Shown piece after piece: positions 1 through 9,160 of a stretch of DNA of 64,000 nt. Origin of the DNA: an uncultured delta proteobacterium (GTDB lineage Bacteria > Myxococcota_A > Polyangia > Polyangiales > Polyangiaceae); NCBI GenBank assembly GCA_963716725.1, contig CAVQUB010000032.1:32001-96000 (forward strand), read 5' to 3'. How positions within the stretch are numbered: position 1 is the stretch's first letter; each line of letters begins with the position of its first letter. The translations under genes were made by a program, and so were the position numbers. Under the pieces are notes generated by a model. It was not told the origin of the DNA, ran no database searches, and saw only the letters and a program-made list of their open reading frames with translations.

Positions 1-696
1 GCCTACACCTTCGACGGGGTGTCGATCGTGTTCATGATGCTCTTGATGCGAGGAGGCGTGCTGGTCATCGCGCCGCTGACCGATTTTGCGAGTGGCCGCA
101 GGGTGCGCTGGTTCTCCTGGATCGCTCTCGGGCTCTCGATGGCGGCGCTGCTCGTGGCCTTCCTTGGCAAGAGCGAGAGCAGCCTGGCGATGACCTGGGT
201 CGCGGCTGTGGACGTGGTCTTTTACCTGCTCGGCTACTTCGTGAGACTCAGGTTCATGAGCCGACTCGCAAAGAGCGACGACCTCGACCTGACCAAACGC
301 TACTTCGTCGAAGAGCAAATGACGGCCACGCCCCTGGTCGTCGGAACCCTCGCGCTGCTAGCGCTGATCGGCCATGGGCCGGAGATGCTGGAGATCCGTT
401 CGGGCTTCACCCAGCTCTGGTCGAGCGGGCATGCCGCGACCATCATCGGCGTGGGTGTGCTTTCCCAAGGCACCGGCGTCTTCGGCGGACTCATCCTGCT
501 CGATAGGCGCGAGAACAGCTTCTGCGTGCCGGTGAACCGCGCCTCGAGTGTGCTGGCCGGGCTGCTGGCCAGCCTTCTGCTCGCGGTCGTGCTCGGCCTC
601 GAGATGCCCGGTGGCGCCGAGTTGGCCGGGGCCGGCCTGGTGATCTCGGCGATTGTGGCGCTGTCGTTGCCTCCTCTCTTCGCGAAGCGCGCCTGA
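1..696 (+). CDS. Multi-pass membrane protein of unknown function, 5'-truncated by the window edge
   Basis: Frame is open from base 1 (AYTFDGVSIVFMMLLMRGG...) to TGA at 694-696; about 7 hydrophobic segments. Confidence 0.75.
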   Translation, partial: AYTFDGVSIVFMMLLMRGGVLVIAPLTDFASGRRVRWFSWIALGLSMAALLVAFLGKSESSLAMTWVAAVDVVFYLLGYFVRLRFMSRLAKSDDLDLTKRYFVEEQMTATPLVVGTLALLALIGHGPEMLEIRSGFTQLWSSGHAATIIGVGVLSQGTGVFGGLILLDRRENSFCVPVNRASSVLAGLLASLLLAVVLGLEMPGGAELAGAGLVISAIVALSLPPLFAKRA

Positions 697-774
697 GACC
701 CGCGGCCCCAGCGCGGTCGCAACGATCAGCCGGCACCACGCGGCGCGCCACTGCTGCCTCACTTTGAGAGCCCT

Positions 775-961
775 GCTGAAGCAGAGCCGCCTTCCCGCCG
801 CCGAGGAAGAGCGCGGACTCGCGATCGATCTTCCACGAAATGCTGCCAGGACCGTGGATGCCCCCGCGCGGGTCGAGGATCCCGCGTCTCACCTGTTCGA
901 TTTGGCTCTCGAGATCGGCGCGCGTCACGACCTGGAGGACGCCCGGCGGCGGATCGGTCAT
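775..961 (-). pseudogene. N-terminal fragment of a DUF2236 / MpaB-like oxygenase family protein
   Basis: ATG at 961 gives MTDPP...GIHGPGSISWKIDRESALFLGGGKAALLQ, matching the GPxSxxWx..E..xxGGxxALLQ start of the family; similarity stops before the expected LAHP motif. Confidence 0.6.
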
Positions 962-1039
962 TGGAGCTTGCCCGCGCTTTTCAACGCGCCCATGGTCGGC
1001 TAGTTCTTCCACCCCGGCGTTCGGCCGGCAAGGCGAGTC

Positions 1040-1975
1040 ATGGACTATTCGTTCCGTCGCGACGAGACCAGCGCAGACGCGGCCCGCCGCATCGCCAGCG
1101 AACAGCTCGAAGGAGCGCTGAGCGAACTTTGCGCGACGACCGAGGTCGACAAGAGCGTCCACGGCGTGCGCAAACGCCTGAAGAAGCTGCGCGGGCTCTT
1201 GCAGCTCTTGGAGGGCGCGCTGGGCCGGCGGGTCGTCGCGCGCGAGAACCGCTGCTACCGCGATGCGGCTCGCGCTCTCGCGGGCGCGCGCCGTGCGGCG
1301 GCCATCGTGGCCGCCTTCGATGCCTTGATGAAGCGTTGCCCGGACGCGATCCCGGCCGAAGCGCGCGCCGAGTTGCGCGGCGGCCTGATCGCCGAACGCG
1401 ACCGCCTCGTCGCACTGATGCAGGGGGGGAGCCAAGTTCCAGACGTCACCGCTGCGCTCCGCGCTTCCGTCGCTCGGCTCGAATCGTGGCCCCTCGAGGT
1501 CGAGGGCTGGCAGGTGCTCCGGAGCGGCTTCCGCAGGAGCTACGCCCGCGGTCGCCGCGCGCTCAAGGTGGCCATGCGCGAGCCGACCACCGAGAACCTC
1601 CACGAGTGGCGCAAGTTCGCGAAGCACTACTGGTATCATGTGCGGCTGCTGGCACGCCTGTGGCCCGAGGCCATGAAGGTCCACGAGGCCGCGCTCGAGC
1701 GGCTCGGAGACGATCTCGGTGACGAACACGACCTGGACGACCTGCGACTGTCGCTCATCGCGCACATGCCGCCCGAGCAGCTGCGCGAGGCCACCGGTCG
1801 AGTGCTCGCGGCCATCGAGGCGCGGCGCGACGAGCTGCGGGCGAGCGCCTTCGCCCGAGGCAGGTACCTGTACGCGGAGCGTCCGCGAGCGGCGACGGAG
1901 CGCGTCGGGGCGTATCACGCCGCCTGGCTGGCGCGGTCGCCCGGGCCGGGGGACGACGCTGACCGGGACGGCTGA
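1040..1975 (+). CDS. CHAD domain protein (polyphosphate-binding family)
   Basis: VHGVRKRLKKLRGLL, LHEWRKFAKHYWY and LGDDLGDEHDL motifs. Confidence 0.9.
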   Translation: MDYSFRRDETSADAARRIASEQLEGALSELCATTEVDKSVHGVRKRLKKLRGLLQLLEGALGRRVVARENRCYRDAARALAGARRAAAIVAAFDALMKRCPDAIPAEARAELRGGLIAERDRLVALMQGGSQVPDVTAALRASVARLESWPLEVEGWQVLRSGFRRSYARGRRALKVAMREPTTENLHEWRKFAKHYWYHVRLLARLWPEAMKVHEAALERLGDDLGDEHDLDDLRLSLIAHMPPEQLREATGRVLAAIEARRDELRASAFARGRYLYAERPRAATERVGAYHAAWLARSPGPGDDADRDG

Positions 1976-1980
1976 AGATC

Positions 1981-3006
1981 TCAGCCGGGGAGCCGCGCGA
2001 TCACCGCGTCGGTGAAGGCGTCGGTGCCGAGTTGCCCGCCGAGGTCTCGGGTCTTTTGGTTCTCCTCGAGCGCGCGGTCGTAGGCGACCTTGATGCGCGC
2101 GCCCGCAGTGCGACAGGCTTCGTCGTGGCGGGTCTCGGCCAGGTGGTTGAGCATCATCACCGCGCTCATCAGCAGCGCCAGCGGGTTGGCCACGCCCTGG
2201 CCGGCGATGTCCGGCGCGGAGCCGTGCACCGCCTCGAATACGGCGTCGTCTTCGCCGATGTTGGCACCGGGAGAGACCCCGAGGCCTCCGACCAGGCCGG
2301 CGCACAGATCCGAGACGATGTCGCCGTACAGGTTTTCGCACATGATGATGTCGAACTGCTTCGGGTTCTGGACCAAGCGCATGTGGCCCGCGTCGACGAT
2401 CACCTCGGAGTACTCGATGTTCGGGTAGTCGCGCTCGTGGACCTTGCGGGCCTCGTCCAGCAGCATGCCATCCGACATCTTCATGATGTTCGCCTTGTGG
2501 AAGACGGTGATCTTGCGTCGTCGTCGGTGCGTTGCGTAACGGAAGGCCCAGTGCGAGATGCGGTGGCAAGCGCCGCGGGTGGCCACCTTCATGCTCACGA
2601 CCACGCCGTCGGTGATCAAGTTCTCGATTCCGCTGTAGAGCCCCTCGGTGTTCTCTCGAATCACGACCAGATCCACGTCTTCGTAGCGGGTCTTCACCCC
2701 CGGGAGGCTGCGGAAGGGGCGCACGGCGGCGTACAGGTTCAGCGTCTTCCGGAGCGCGACGTTGACCGAGGAAAACCCGCGACCGACCGGCGTGGTGCAG
2801 GGCCCCTTGAGCGCGACGTGGTGCTCGCGGATCGCCGCCACGGTCTCGCTCGGCAGGACGTCGTCGAGCCCGCGCTCCAGGGCCCCTTCGCCGGCGTGCC
2901 GCTCGACGAACCCGATGGGAGCGCCGGCGGCGGCCAGAACCTTGCGGACCGCGGCGCTGACCTCGGGTCCGATACCATCACCTGGAATGAGCACGACGGT
3001 GTGCAT
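1981..3006 (-). CDS. Isocitrate/isopropylmalate dehydrogenase family enzyme (probably NAD-dependent isocitrate dehydrogenase)
   Basis: IPGDGIGPEV, RENTEGLYSG, HKANIMK, NLYGDIVSD, EAVHGSAPDIAG. Confidence 0.9.
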   Translation of the reverse strand: MHTVVLIPGDGIGPEVSAAVRKVLAAAGAPIGFVERHAGEGALERGLDDVLPSETVAAIREHHVALKGPCTTPVGRGFSSVNVALRKTLNLYAAVRPFRSLPGVKTRYEDVDLVVIRENTEGLYSGIENLITDGVVVSMKVATRGACHRISHWAFRYATHRRRRKITVFHKANIMKMSDGMLLDEARKVHERDYPNIEYSEVIVDAGHMRLVQNPKQFDIIMCENLYGDIVSDLCAGLVGGLGVSPGANIGEDDAVFEAVHGSAPDIAGQGVANPLALLMSAVMMLNHLAETRHDEACRTAGARIKVAYDRALEENQKTRDLGGQLGTDAFTDAVIARLPG

Positions 3007-3125
3007 GACTCGGGGTCATACCCCGGGGGGCGCTCGGTCGGAACCCCGTGGCGATCGCCAGGCCTCGCCGCGGCGACCGCCGCGCCGCCGCGCACGCCTG
3101 CCGGACAAACCTCGGGTTCTGGCCC

Positions 3126-3141
3126 TGGCACGAAGGCTGCT
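3126..3141 (+). promoter_or_regulatory. sigma54 -24/-12 promoter for comM-recA-ssb
   Basis: TGGCACGAAGGCTGCT versus consensus TGGCACG-N4-TTGC(A/T); GG-N10-GC spacing; predicted +1 at about 3152, next to the GTG at 3153. Confidence 0.7.
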
Positions 3142-3152
3142 GAAGGGCTGGC

Positions 3153-4736
3153 GTGGCCCGCTCGCACGACTCGACCCTCACGCTCCCCGACCGAACGCTC
3201 GGCGCGGCCACCGCGCACACCAGCGTGCTCGTGGGGCTCGAGGCGAACCCCATCGCGGTCGAGGTCACTTGTTCGCGGGGTCCGGCGTTCTTCCAGCTGG
3301 TCGGGCTGGCCGAGGCCGCGGTGCGAGAAGCGCGCGTCCGCGTCGCCTCGGCGCTGTCGCGGCTCGGAGTCCTACTCGGCGAGTACGCCATCACGGTCAA
3401 CCTCGCGCCGGCCGATCTGAAGAAGCGCGGAGCCGGCCTCGACGTCGCGATCGCGCTGGCCTTGCTCGGCGCGCTCGGTCGGCTGCCCGCGGCTGCCTTC
3501 GACGGCGTGCTCGTGCTCGGGGAGCTCGGGCTCGACGGCAGCTTGCGCCCGGTGAGAGGTGTGCTGCCGCAGCTGATCGGCGCCCGCGCTCGGGGTGTGC
3601 GTCGGGCCATTGTGCCTGCCGCAAACGCCCGCGAAGCAGGGCTGGTGGCCGACGTGCAGGTGTTCATCGCCAGCTCGCTCGAGAGCGTCGTGTCGCACCT
3701 CATCGGCCAGGCCCCACTCGAAGCCGCGCAGCCCACGGCGCTCGTCTCCGCCGCTGAGGTGCCCAGCGACCTCGATCTGCGACACGTGCGCGGACAGTCG
3801 GGCGCGAAGCGTGCCCTCGAGATCGCCGCAGCGGGCGCCCACAACCTGTTGATGATCGGCCCGCCCGGAGGCGGCAAGACCCTGCTTGCGCGCCTGCTCC
3901 CGGGCTTGCTTCCACCCCTGGAGGTCGACGAAGCCATCGAGACGACGGCGATCCACAGCGTCGCCGGCCTGGTGGATCCGGCCGTGGGCGTGGTGCAGTG
4001 CCGGCCCTTCCGTGCGCCACACCACTCGGTGAGCGATGCGGGGCTGGTGGGCGGTGGGGAGCATCCTCGCCCGGGCGAGGTGAGCCTCGCTCACCACGGC
4101 GTGCTGTTCCTCGACGAGCTCGCCGAGTTCCGGCGCAGCGCGCTGGAAGCGCTGCGGCAGCCCCTCGAGGACGGCGTGGTGTGTATTTCGCGCGTCCGAG
4201 CCCGCGCTTGGTTCCCGGCGCGCCCAATGCTCGTCGCCGCCGTGAACCCCTGCCCGTGCGGTTACCGCGGGCACTCTCGCCGCCCCTGCCTCTGCTCGCA
4301 GCAGCAAGCAACGCGCTACCTGGCGCGCCTCTCGGGACCCTTGCTCGATCGCATCGATCTGCACGTCTCGGTGCCGCCGGTCGACCCCATCGCGCTCAGC
4401 TCGCCCACGCTGGCCGAGTCCTCTGCCTCGGTGAGACTCCGCGTGCTGGCGGCCCGGGAACGCGCTCGCCAGCGCGCCCGCACGCTGGGGCTCAGCGCCA
4501 CGGTCAACGCCTCGCTCTCCGACGCGGAGCTCGACCGGGTCGTGGTCCTCGACGCCGAGAGCCGCGCGTTCCTCGAGCACGCCGTGACCACGCTGGGGCT
4601 GAGCGCCCGCGCCTTCACGCGCATCCGCCGGGTGGCGCGCAGCATCGCGGACCTCGAGGGCGACCGCGAGGTGAGGGCCGCCCACGTGGCCGAGGCCATC
4701 CAGGGGCGGCTCGTCGACAAGACCCTGTCGGCCTGA
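3153..4736 (+). CDS. comM: ComM / YifB family Mg-chelatase-like AAA+ ATPase
   Basis: ITVNLAPADLKK, GELGLDG, HNLLMIGPPGGGKT, RPFRAPHHS, GEVSLAHHGVLFLDE, NPCPCG, SGPLLDRID; start codon uncertain. Confidence 0.92.
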   Translation: MARSHDSTLTLPDRTLGAATAHTSVLVGLEANPIAVEVTCSRGPAFFQLVGLAEAAVREARVRVASALSRLGVLLGEYAITVNLAPADLKKRGAGLDVAIALALLGALGRLPAAAFDGVLVLGELGLDGSLRPVRGVLPQLIGARARGVRRAIVPAANAREAGLVADVQVFIASSLESVVSHLIGQAPLEAAQPTALVSAAEVPSDLDLRHVRGQSGAKRALEIAAAGAHNLLMIGPPGGGKTLLARLLPGLLPPLEVDEAIETTAIHSVAGLVDPAVGVVQCRPFRAPHHSVSDAGLVGGGEHPRPGEVSLAHHGVLFLDELAEFRRSALEALRQPLEDGVVCISRVRARAWFPARPMLVAAVNPCPCGYRGHSRRPCLCSQQQATRYLARLSGPLLDRIDLHVSVPPVDPIALSSPTLAESSASVRLRVLAARERARQRARTLGLSATVNASLSDAELDRVVVLDAESRAFLEHAVTTLGLSARAFTRIRRVARSIADLEGDREVRAAHVAEAIQGRLVDKTLSA

Positions 4737-4752
4737 GCGACACGAATAGGAG

Positions 4753-5787
4753 ATGAACATGAACGACAAGAACAAGAACCGAGACCACGTCGTGCGCGAG
4801 GTGGTCGATCAAATCGAGAAGGCTCACGGCAAGGGCGCCATCATGCGCTTGGATAGCGAGGCCGGCACCTGTCCGGTCCCCGTCATTCCCAGCGGCGCGC
4901 TGGCCATCGACCAGGCGCTGGGCGTCGGCGGGTACCCCCGCGGCCGCATCGTCGAGGTCTTCGGACCCGAGTCGAGCGGCAAGACGACGCTCTCGCTGCA
5001 CGCCATCGCCGAGGTGCAGAAGTTGGGCGGCGTGGCGGCCTTCATCGACGCCGAGCACGCCTTCGACATGCGCTACGCCAAGGCCATCGGCATCGACCTC
5101 GGCAAGCTCTTGGTGTCACAGCCCGACTCCGGGGAGCAAGCGCTGGACATCGCGGAGGCCCTCACGCGCTCGGGTGCCGTCGACCTGGTGGTGATCGACT
5201 CGGTGGCGGCCCTGACGCCCCGCGCGGAAATCCAAGGGGATATGGGCGACGCGCACATGGGTCTGCAGGCCCGTCTGATGAGCCAGGCGCTGCGCAAACT
5301 CACGGCCATCACCCACAAATCCGGCACCACTTTGCTCTTCATCAACCAGCTCAGGCAGAAGATCGGCGTCGTCTTTGGCAACCCCGAGACGACGCCGGGC
5401 GGCACGGCCCTGAAATTCTATTCGAGCGTGCGCCTCGACGTGCGCCGCATCGGCAAGGTCGAGGCGGGGGACGCCGTAGTTGGCAACCGCACTCGCGTGC
5501 GCGTGGTCAAGAACAAGGTCGCGCCGCCCTTCGCCGAGGCGGAGTTCGACGTGCGCTGGGGCATCGGCATCGACACGGCGACGGATCTGCTCGACAGCGC
5601 CTTGCGTGTGGGCGCCCTCGAGCGGAATGGCTCGCACATCGTGCTCGACGGCAAGAGCATCGGGCAAGGGCGCGAGAAGGCGCGCGAAGCGTTGCTGGCA
5701 AACCCGGAGCTGCGTGGCGCCCTCGAACTCGCCACGCGCGGGCGCTCGCCGGCGCTGGCAGCGCGCATCCAGAAACGGGCGGCATGA
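4753..5787 (+). CDS. recA: Recombinase RecA
   Basis: [66 protein letters not shown] Shine-Dalgarno upstream. Confidence 0.97.
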   Translation: MNMNDKNKNRDHVVREVVDQIEKAHGKGAIMRLDSEAGTCPVPVIPSGALAIDQALGVGGYPRGRIVEVFGPESSGKTTLSLHAIAEVQKLGGVAAFIDAEHAFDMRYAKAIGIDLGKLLVSQPDSGEQALDIAEALTRSGAVDLVVIDSVAALTPRAEIQGDMGDAHMGLQARLMSQALRKLTAITHKSGTTLLFINQLRQKIGVVFGNPETTPGGTALKFYSSVRLDVRRIGKVEAGDAVVGNRTRVRVVKNKVAPPFAEAEFDVRWGIGIDTATDLLDSALRVGALERNGSHIVLDGKSIGQGREKAREALLANPELRGALELATRGRSPALAARIQKRAA

Positions 5788-5835
5788 GCCGACCCGCGGT
5801 CAGAATAGAAGAAAGAAAGCGAAAGGAATGAAGTC

Positions 5836-6252
5836 ATGAGCGATGGAATCAATCAGGTCATTTTGATGGGCAACCTCGGCGCGGAACCCGAGCTGAAGAA
5901 CCTGCCGTCGGGGGCGAACTTGCTGCGCTTCCGGATGGCGACGGACGAGAGCTTCTTGGACAAGAACAAGGAGCGGCAGACCCGCACCGAGTGGCACGAC
6001 GTCGTGCTCTGGGGAAACCGCGCGGAGCCGCTGTCGAGGTTCTTGTCGAAGGGCTCCCGCGTGCTGGTCGAGGGCACGCTCCGAACGTCCAGCTACGAGA
6101 AAGAGGGCGTGAAGCGCAAGCACACGGAGATCACGGCGCGGGACCTGCACCTGATCGGCACGCGACGTCCGTCGAGCGATCCCAGCGAGGGCAGCTGGCT
6201 CGCCGACACCGAGCCGGTGGCTCAGGCGCTCGACAGCGCGGTCGGGTACTGA
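5836..6252 (+). CDS. ssb: Single-stranded DNA-binding protein (short, no acidic C-terminal tip)
   Basis: INQVILMGNLGAEPE, TEWHDVVLWG, LSKGSRVLVEGTLRTSSYE OB-fold motifs. Confidence 0.92.
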   Translation: MSDGINQVILMGNLGAEPELKNLPSGANLLRFRMATDESFLDKNKERQTRTEWHDVVLWGNRAEPLSRFLSKGSRVLVEGTLRTSSYEKEGVKRKHTEITARDLHLIGTRRPSSDPSEGSWLADTEPVAQALDSAVGY

Positions 6253-6388
6253 AGGCACTCGCCGCTGGGCGAGCCCGCGCCTGCCTCGTCCACCCCCTCG
6301 CGTCCGCCCGCGGTCGCTCCGCGCGCGAACGCGAGGGGGAACTTGGCGACGCGCCCGTCTGCCACGATCTCGGCTAGAGTGCCCGGCG

Positions 6389-6862
6389 ATGAGCACCGGC
6401 GAAGGTCCGAAGGCCCAGCAACTCGAGCTCTACGACCAGGGCTTCACGCAGGCCGTACCCCACAACCGGGCGCTCGGGCTCCGCTTCATCGACTTCGCTG
6501 ACGGGGAGGCCACCATGCTCTTGCCCTTCGCCGAGCACTTGGTCGGAAATCCCGAGACCGGCGTCTTGCACGGAGGCGCGATCACTTCGCTGCTCGACGC
6601 GACCTGCGGCGCTGCCGTCTTCATGAAGCTCCAATCGCCGGAGCCGATCGCTACCCTCGACTTGCGCATCGACTACCTGAAGCGCGGCGAGCCCCGCCGA
6701 GACGTGCGCTGCAAGGCCCAGTGTTACAAAGTCACGCGGCACGTCGCCTTCGTGCGAGGCACCGCCTACCACGACGACGAGAGTGATCCCATCGCCGCGG
6801 CTGCGGGCAGCTTCATCATCCAGGGCCGCGGCCCCGCCATTGTCGGCAGGAGCACGCCGTGA
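6389..6862 (+). CDS. PaaI family thioesterase (hotdog fold)
   Basis: GNPETGVLHGGAITSLLD, ATLDLRIDYL. Confidence 0.9.
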   Translation: MSTGEGPKAQQLELYDQGFTQAVPHNRALGLRFIDFADGEATMLLPFAEHLVGNPETGVLHGGAITSLLDATCGAAVFMKLQSPEPIATLDLRIDYLKRGEPRRDVRCKAQCYKVTRHVAFVRGTAYHDDESDPIAAAAGSFIIQGRGPAIVGRSTP

Positions 6863-7338
6863 GCGAGCTCGTGCGACGAATCGCCGAAGCCAAGGCCACG
6901 GGCGACTACCGCGCGCTGCTCGATCTCATTCCTTACGCGAACTGGCTCGGTATCGACGCCGCGCTCATCGACGGTGAGCTGGTGGGCAAGCTGCGCTTCG
7001 CTCCTGAGCTGATCGGTAATCCGGCGTTGCCCGCGCTCCACGGTGGCACCATCGGGGCGCTGATCGAGTCCACCGCCATCTTTCGGCTGTTCTGGGACGC
7101 GGAGACGGTGGTGATCCCCAAGACCATCAACCTCACCGTGGCGTACCTGCGCTCGGGCCGCCCGGTCGACACTTATGCGTTGGCGCGCATGACCAAACAC
7201 GGCCGGCGCGTCGCGAGCGCTTGGGTGGAGGTGTGGCAGGAAGACCGCCAGCGCCTGATCGCGACCGGCACAGTGAACCTGCTGATCGAGCCGCTCCGGA
7301 CGGAAACGCCCGAGGCGTCGCCCCCTGCTGACCGCTGA
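6859..7338 (+). CDS. PaaI family thioesterase (second of a tandem pair)
   Basis: GNPALPALHGGTIGALIE, KTINLTVAYLR; GTGA overlap with the upstream gene. Confidence 0.88.
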   Translation: MSELVRRIAEAKATGDYRALLDLIPYANWLGIDAALIDGELVGKLRFAPELIGNPALPALHGGTIGALIESTAIFRLFWDAETVVIPKTINLTVAYLRSGRPVDTYALARMTKHGRRVASAWVEVWQEDRQRLIATGTVNLLIEPLRTETPEASPPADR

Positions 7339-7347
7339 TCGCCCGAG

Positions 7348-8832
7348 TCAGCACAGCCGACCGCGGGCGCGCGGCAGGAGCCCGTTCACGGTGTCTTGCA
7401 CGACCCGATCCGCGGCCTCTTCACCACTGACAGCGGCGAGTTCGGTACCGACCCCGCGTCCGCCCGCGCCGCAGCCCGCGGCGTACAGACCGCGGACCGG
7501 CGTGTGCACCGGGGGCCGGCGGTTCCCGACCTGGTCCGGCGTTTGACCCGTGGTCACTGCGGCTCCGGATGCCTTCCCGGTCCAGTTTTCCACGGCCTGT
7601 GTGGTGAACGTGTCGACCCACATGAGTTCGTCGTCGAGGCCTGGGATCAGCGCACGCAGAGTACTGAGCAGATTCTCGGTCCAGCGCTTGGGTGCGTCTT
7701 CGAGCGCGATGCCCGTCGTCGGAGCGACGGCGCAAGCCGTGATGAGCTGGGCTGATCCAGGCGCGAGCGTGGGATCGAAGTTGGTCGGCACAGGCGCATA
7801 GATGGGCGTGATCGGCGCCAGGCGACCCTGGCGCACGTGCTCGTACATCGCGTCCAGATCGTGGAGTCCGACGTCCGACAGCGAAAGGCCCGGGGCGTGG
7901 GCGCCCACCAGCGCGCCCGCTTTCACCAGCGGGCGACGCAGCGCGACCTTGGCCTGGACCGCCACCATCGAGCCGCTGAGCCCGCGCACGCGCTCGACGT
8001 AGTCTGGTGGAAACGCGCCAGCGCCCACCAGTCCGACCAGATCCGCCAGACTACTCGTCGAGATCACGGCCGGGGCCTCGTAGCTGCTGCCGTCGCTGCA
8101 CACCACCGAGTGCACTGAGCCGAGGCGAACCTCGATGCCGGTCACGCGCTTTCGTGTCAGCACTTCGGCGCCGTGGGCGCGGGCGGCAGTCAAGAACGAC
8201 GAGGGCACCGCAAACGCGCCCCCCTTCGGATACGACAGGCCGTGCTCACGCACCATGCGCTTGAAGCACCAGATGCCTTCGCCCGCGCTCACCTGGTCCA
8301 GCGGCAAGATGAAATAAAGGCCGAGCAAGAAGCCGAAGAGCCCGACCAGGCGCGGGTTCTCGGTGTAGCGCGTGACGAAGTCCCACATCGTCACCCGGTC
8401 CACCTCGGGCAAGCGCGCCTCGTCGAAGCGGGTGATGTCGTGCAGGAAGCGCGCAGCGTCGCGCACGTCCCGCGGCGACAGCTCCAGCTGCCGGATGGTG
8501 GACGCTACGAAGGCGGGCAGTCGCCACTTGTCGCGGGGCACGTCGATGGCGCCACCGAAGCCGACGACCCGGGCGAGATCGCGGGTCTGCACGAACTCGA
8601 TGGTCGGGCCGCCCACGCGTCGCGCCAAACGCGCCAGAGGTCCGCGGGCGCCGCGCGAGAACATGTGCGTGCCGATGTCGACGCGGAATCCGCGCTTTTC
8701 GTAGTAGGAGCACACTCCGCCGGTGCGGTTGTTCTTCTCGAGCAAGAGCGTGCGGAACCCCTCCCGCGCGAGAACGGCGGCCGCAACGCTGCCGCCAATC
8801 CCGGACCCGACCACGATGGCGTCGTAGCTCAC
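7348..8832 (-). CDS. Phytoene desaturase family FAD-dependent oxidoreductase
   Basis: YDAIVVGSGIGG Rossmann motif, EKNNRTGG, YPKGG, TPVRGLYAAG; start trimmed to the GTG at 8832. Confidence 0.85.
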   Translation of the reverse strand: MSYDAIVVGSGIGGSVAAAVLAREGFRTLLLEKNNRTGGVCSYYEKRGFRVDIGTHMFSRGARGPLARLARRVGGPTIEFVQTRDLARVVGFGGAIDVPRDKWRLPAFVASTIRQLELSPRDVRDAARFLHDITRFDEARLPEVDRVTMWDFVTRYTENPRLVGLFGFLLGLYFILPLDQVSAGEGIWCFKRMVREHGLSYPKGGAFAVPSSFLTAARAHGAEVLTRKRVTGIEVRLGSVHSVVCSDGSSYEAPAVISTSSLADLVGLVGAGAFPPDYVERVRGLSGSMVAVQAKVALRRPLVKAGALVGAHAPGLSLSDVGLHDLDAMYEHVRQGRLAPITPIYAPVPTNFDPTLAPGSAQLITACAVAPTTGIALEDAPKRWTENLLSTLRALIPGLDDELMWVDTFTTQAVENWTGKASGAAVTTGQTPDQVGNRRPPVHTPVRGLYAAGCGAGGRGVGTELAAVSGEEAADRVVQDTVNGLLPRARGRLC

Positions 8833-9160
8833 CTTCAGGCGAGCGTGCGCCGCTCGAAGCGCGGGAGCAAGCGATCGAGCTGGAGCGAGCTGCTCCTGAT
8901 GTCGGTGCGCACCGGATGCTGCCGCACGTGCGCCGGTGGTGTGCACCGCGAACCCGCGCCGCGAGCTTCGACCCGATCCGGCGCCAGCAGTCCTCCGCGG
9001 CGACCGCGGGCACCGCCCGGGTGCCCACATTCTCGCCGGCCCGCTGAAAATCCGGTGAAATCGTCTGGGACCCCTTGCCGAGCCGAGCCCCAAACGCTAA
9101 CCCCGTGGCGTTCCGGCTGGATTTGCACTCCGGCGGAGCACTCCCGTCTCGCAGCCAACC

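Noticed and set aside
491..2569. 692-aa minus-strand ORF
   Set aside because: Off-frame/antisense shadow of the dehydrogenase and CHAD genes; only the short DUF2236-like segment looks real
8833..9160. GC-rich intergenic region with small hairpins as a possible ncRNA or riboswitch
   Set aside because: No recognisable RNA family motif; short hairpins are expected by chance at this GC content
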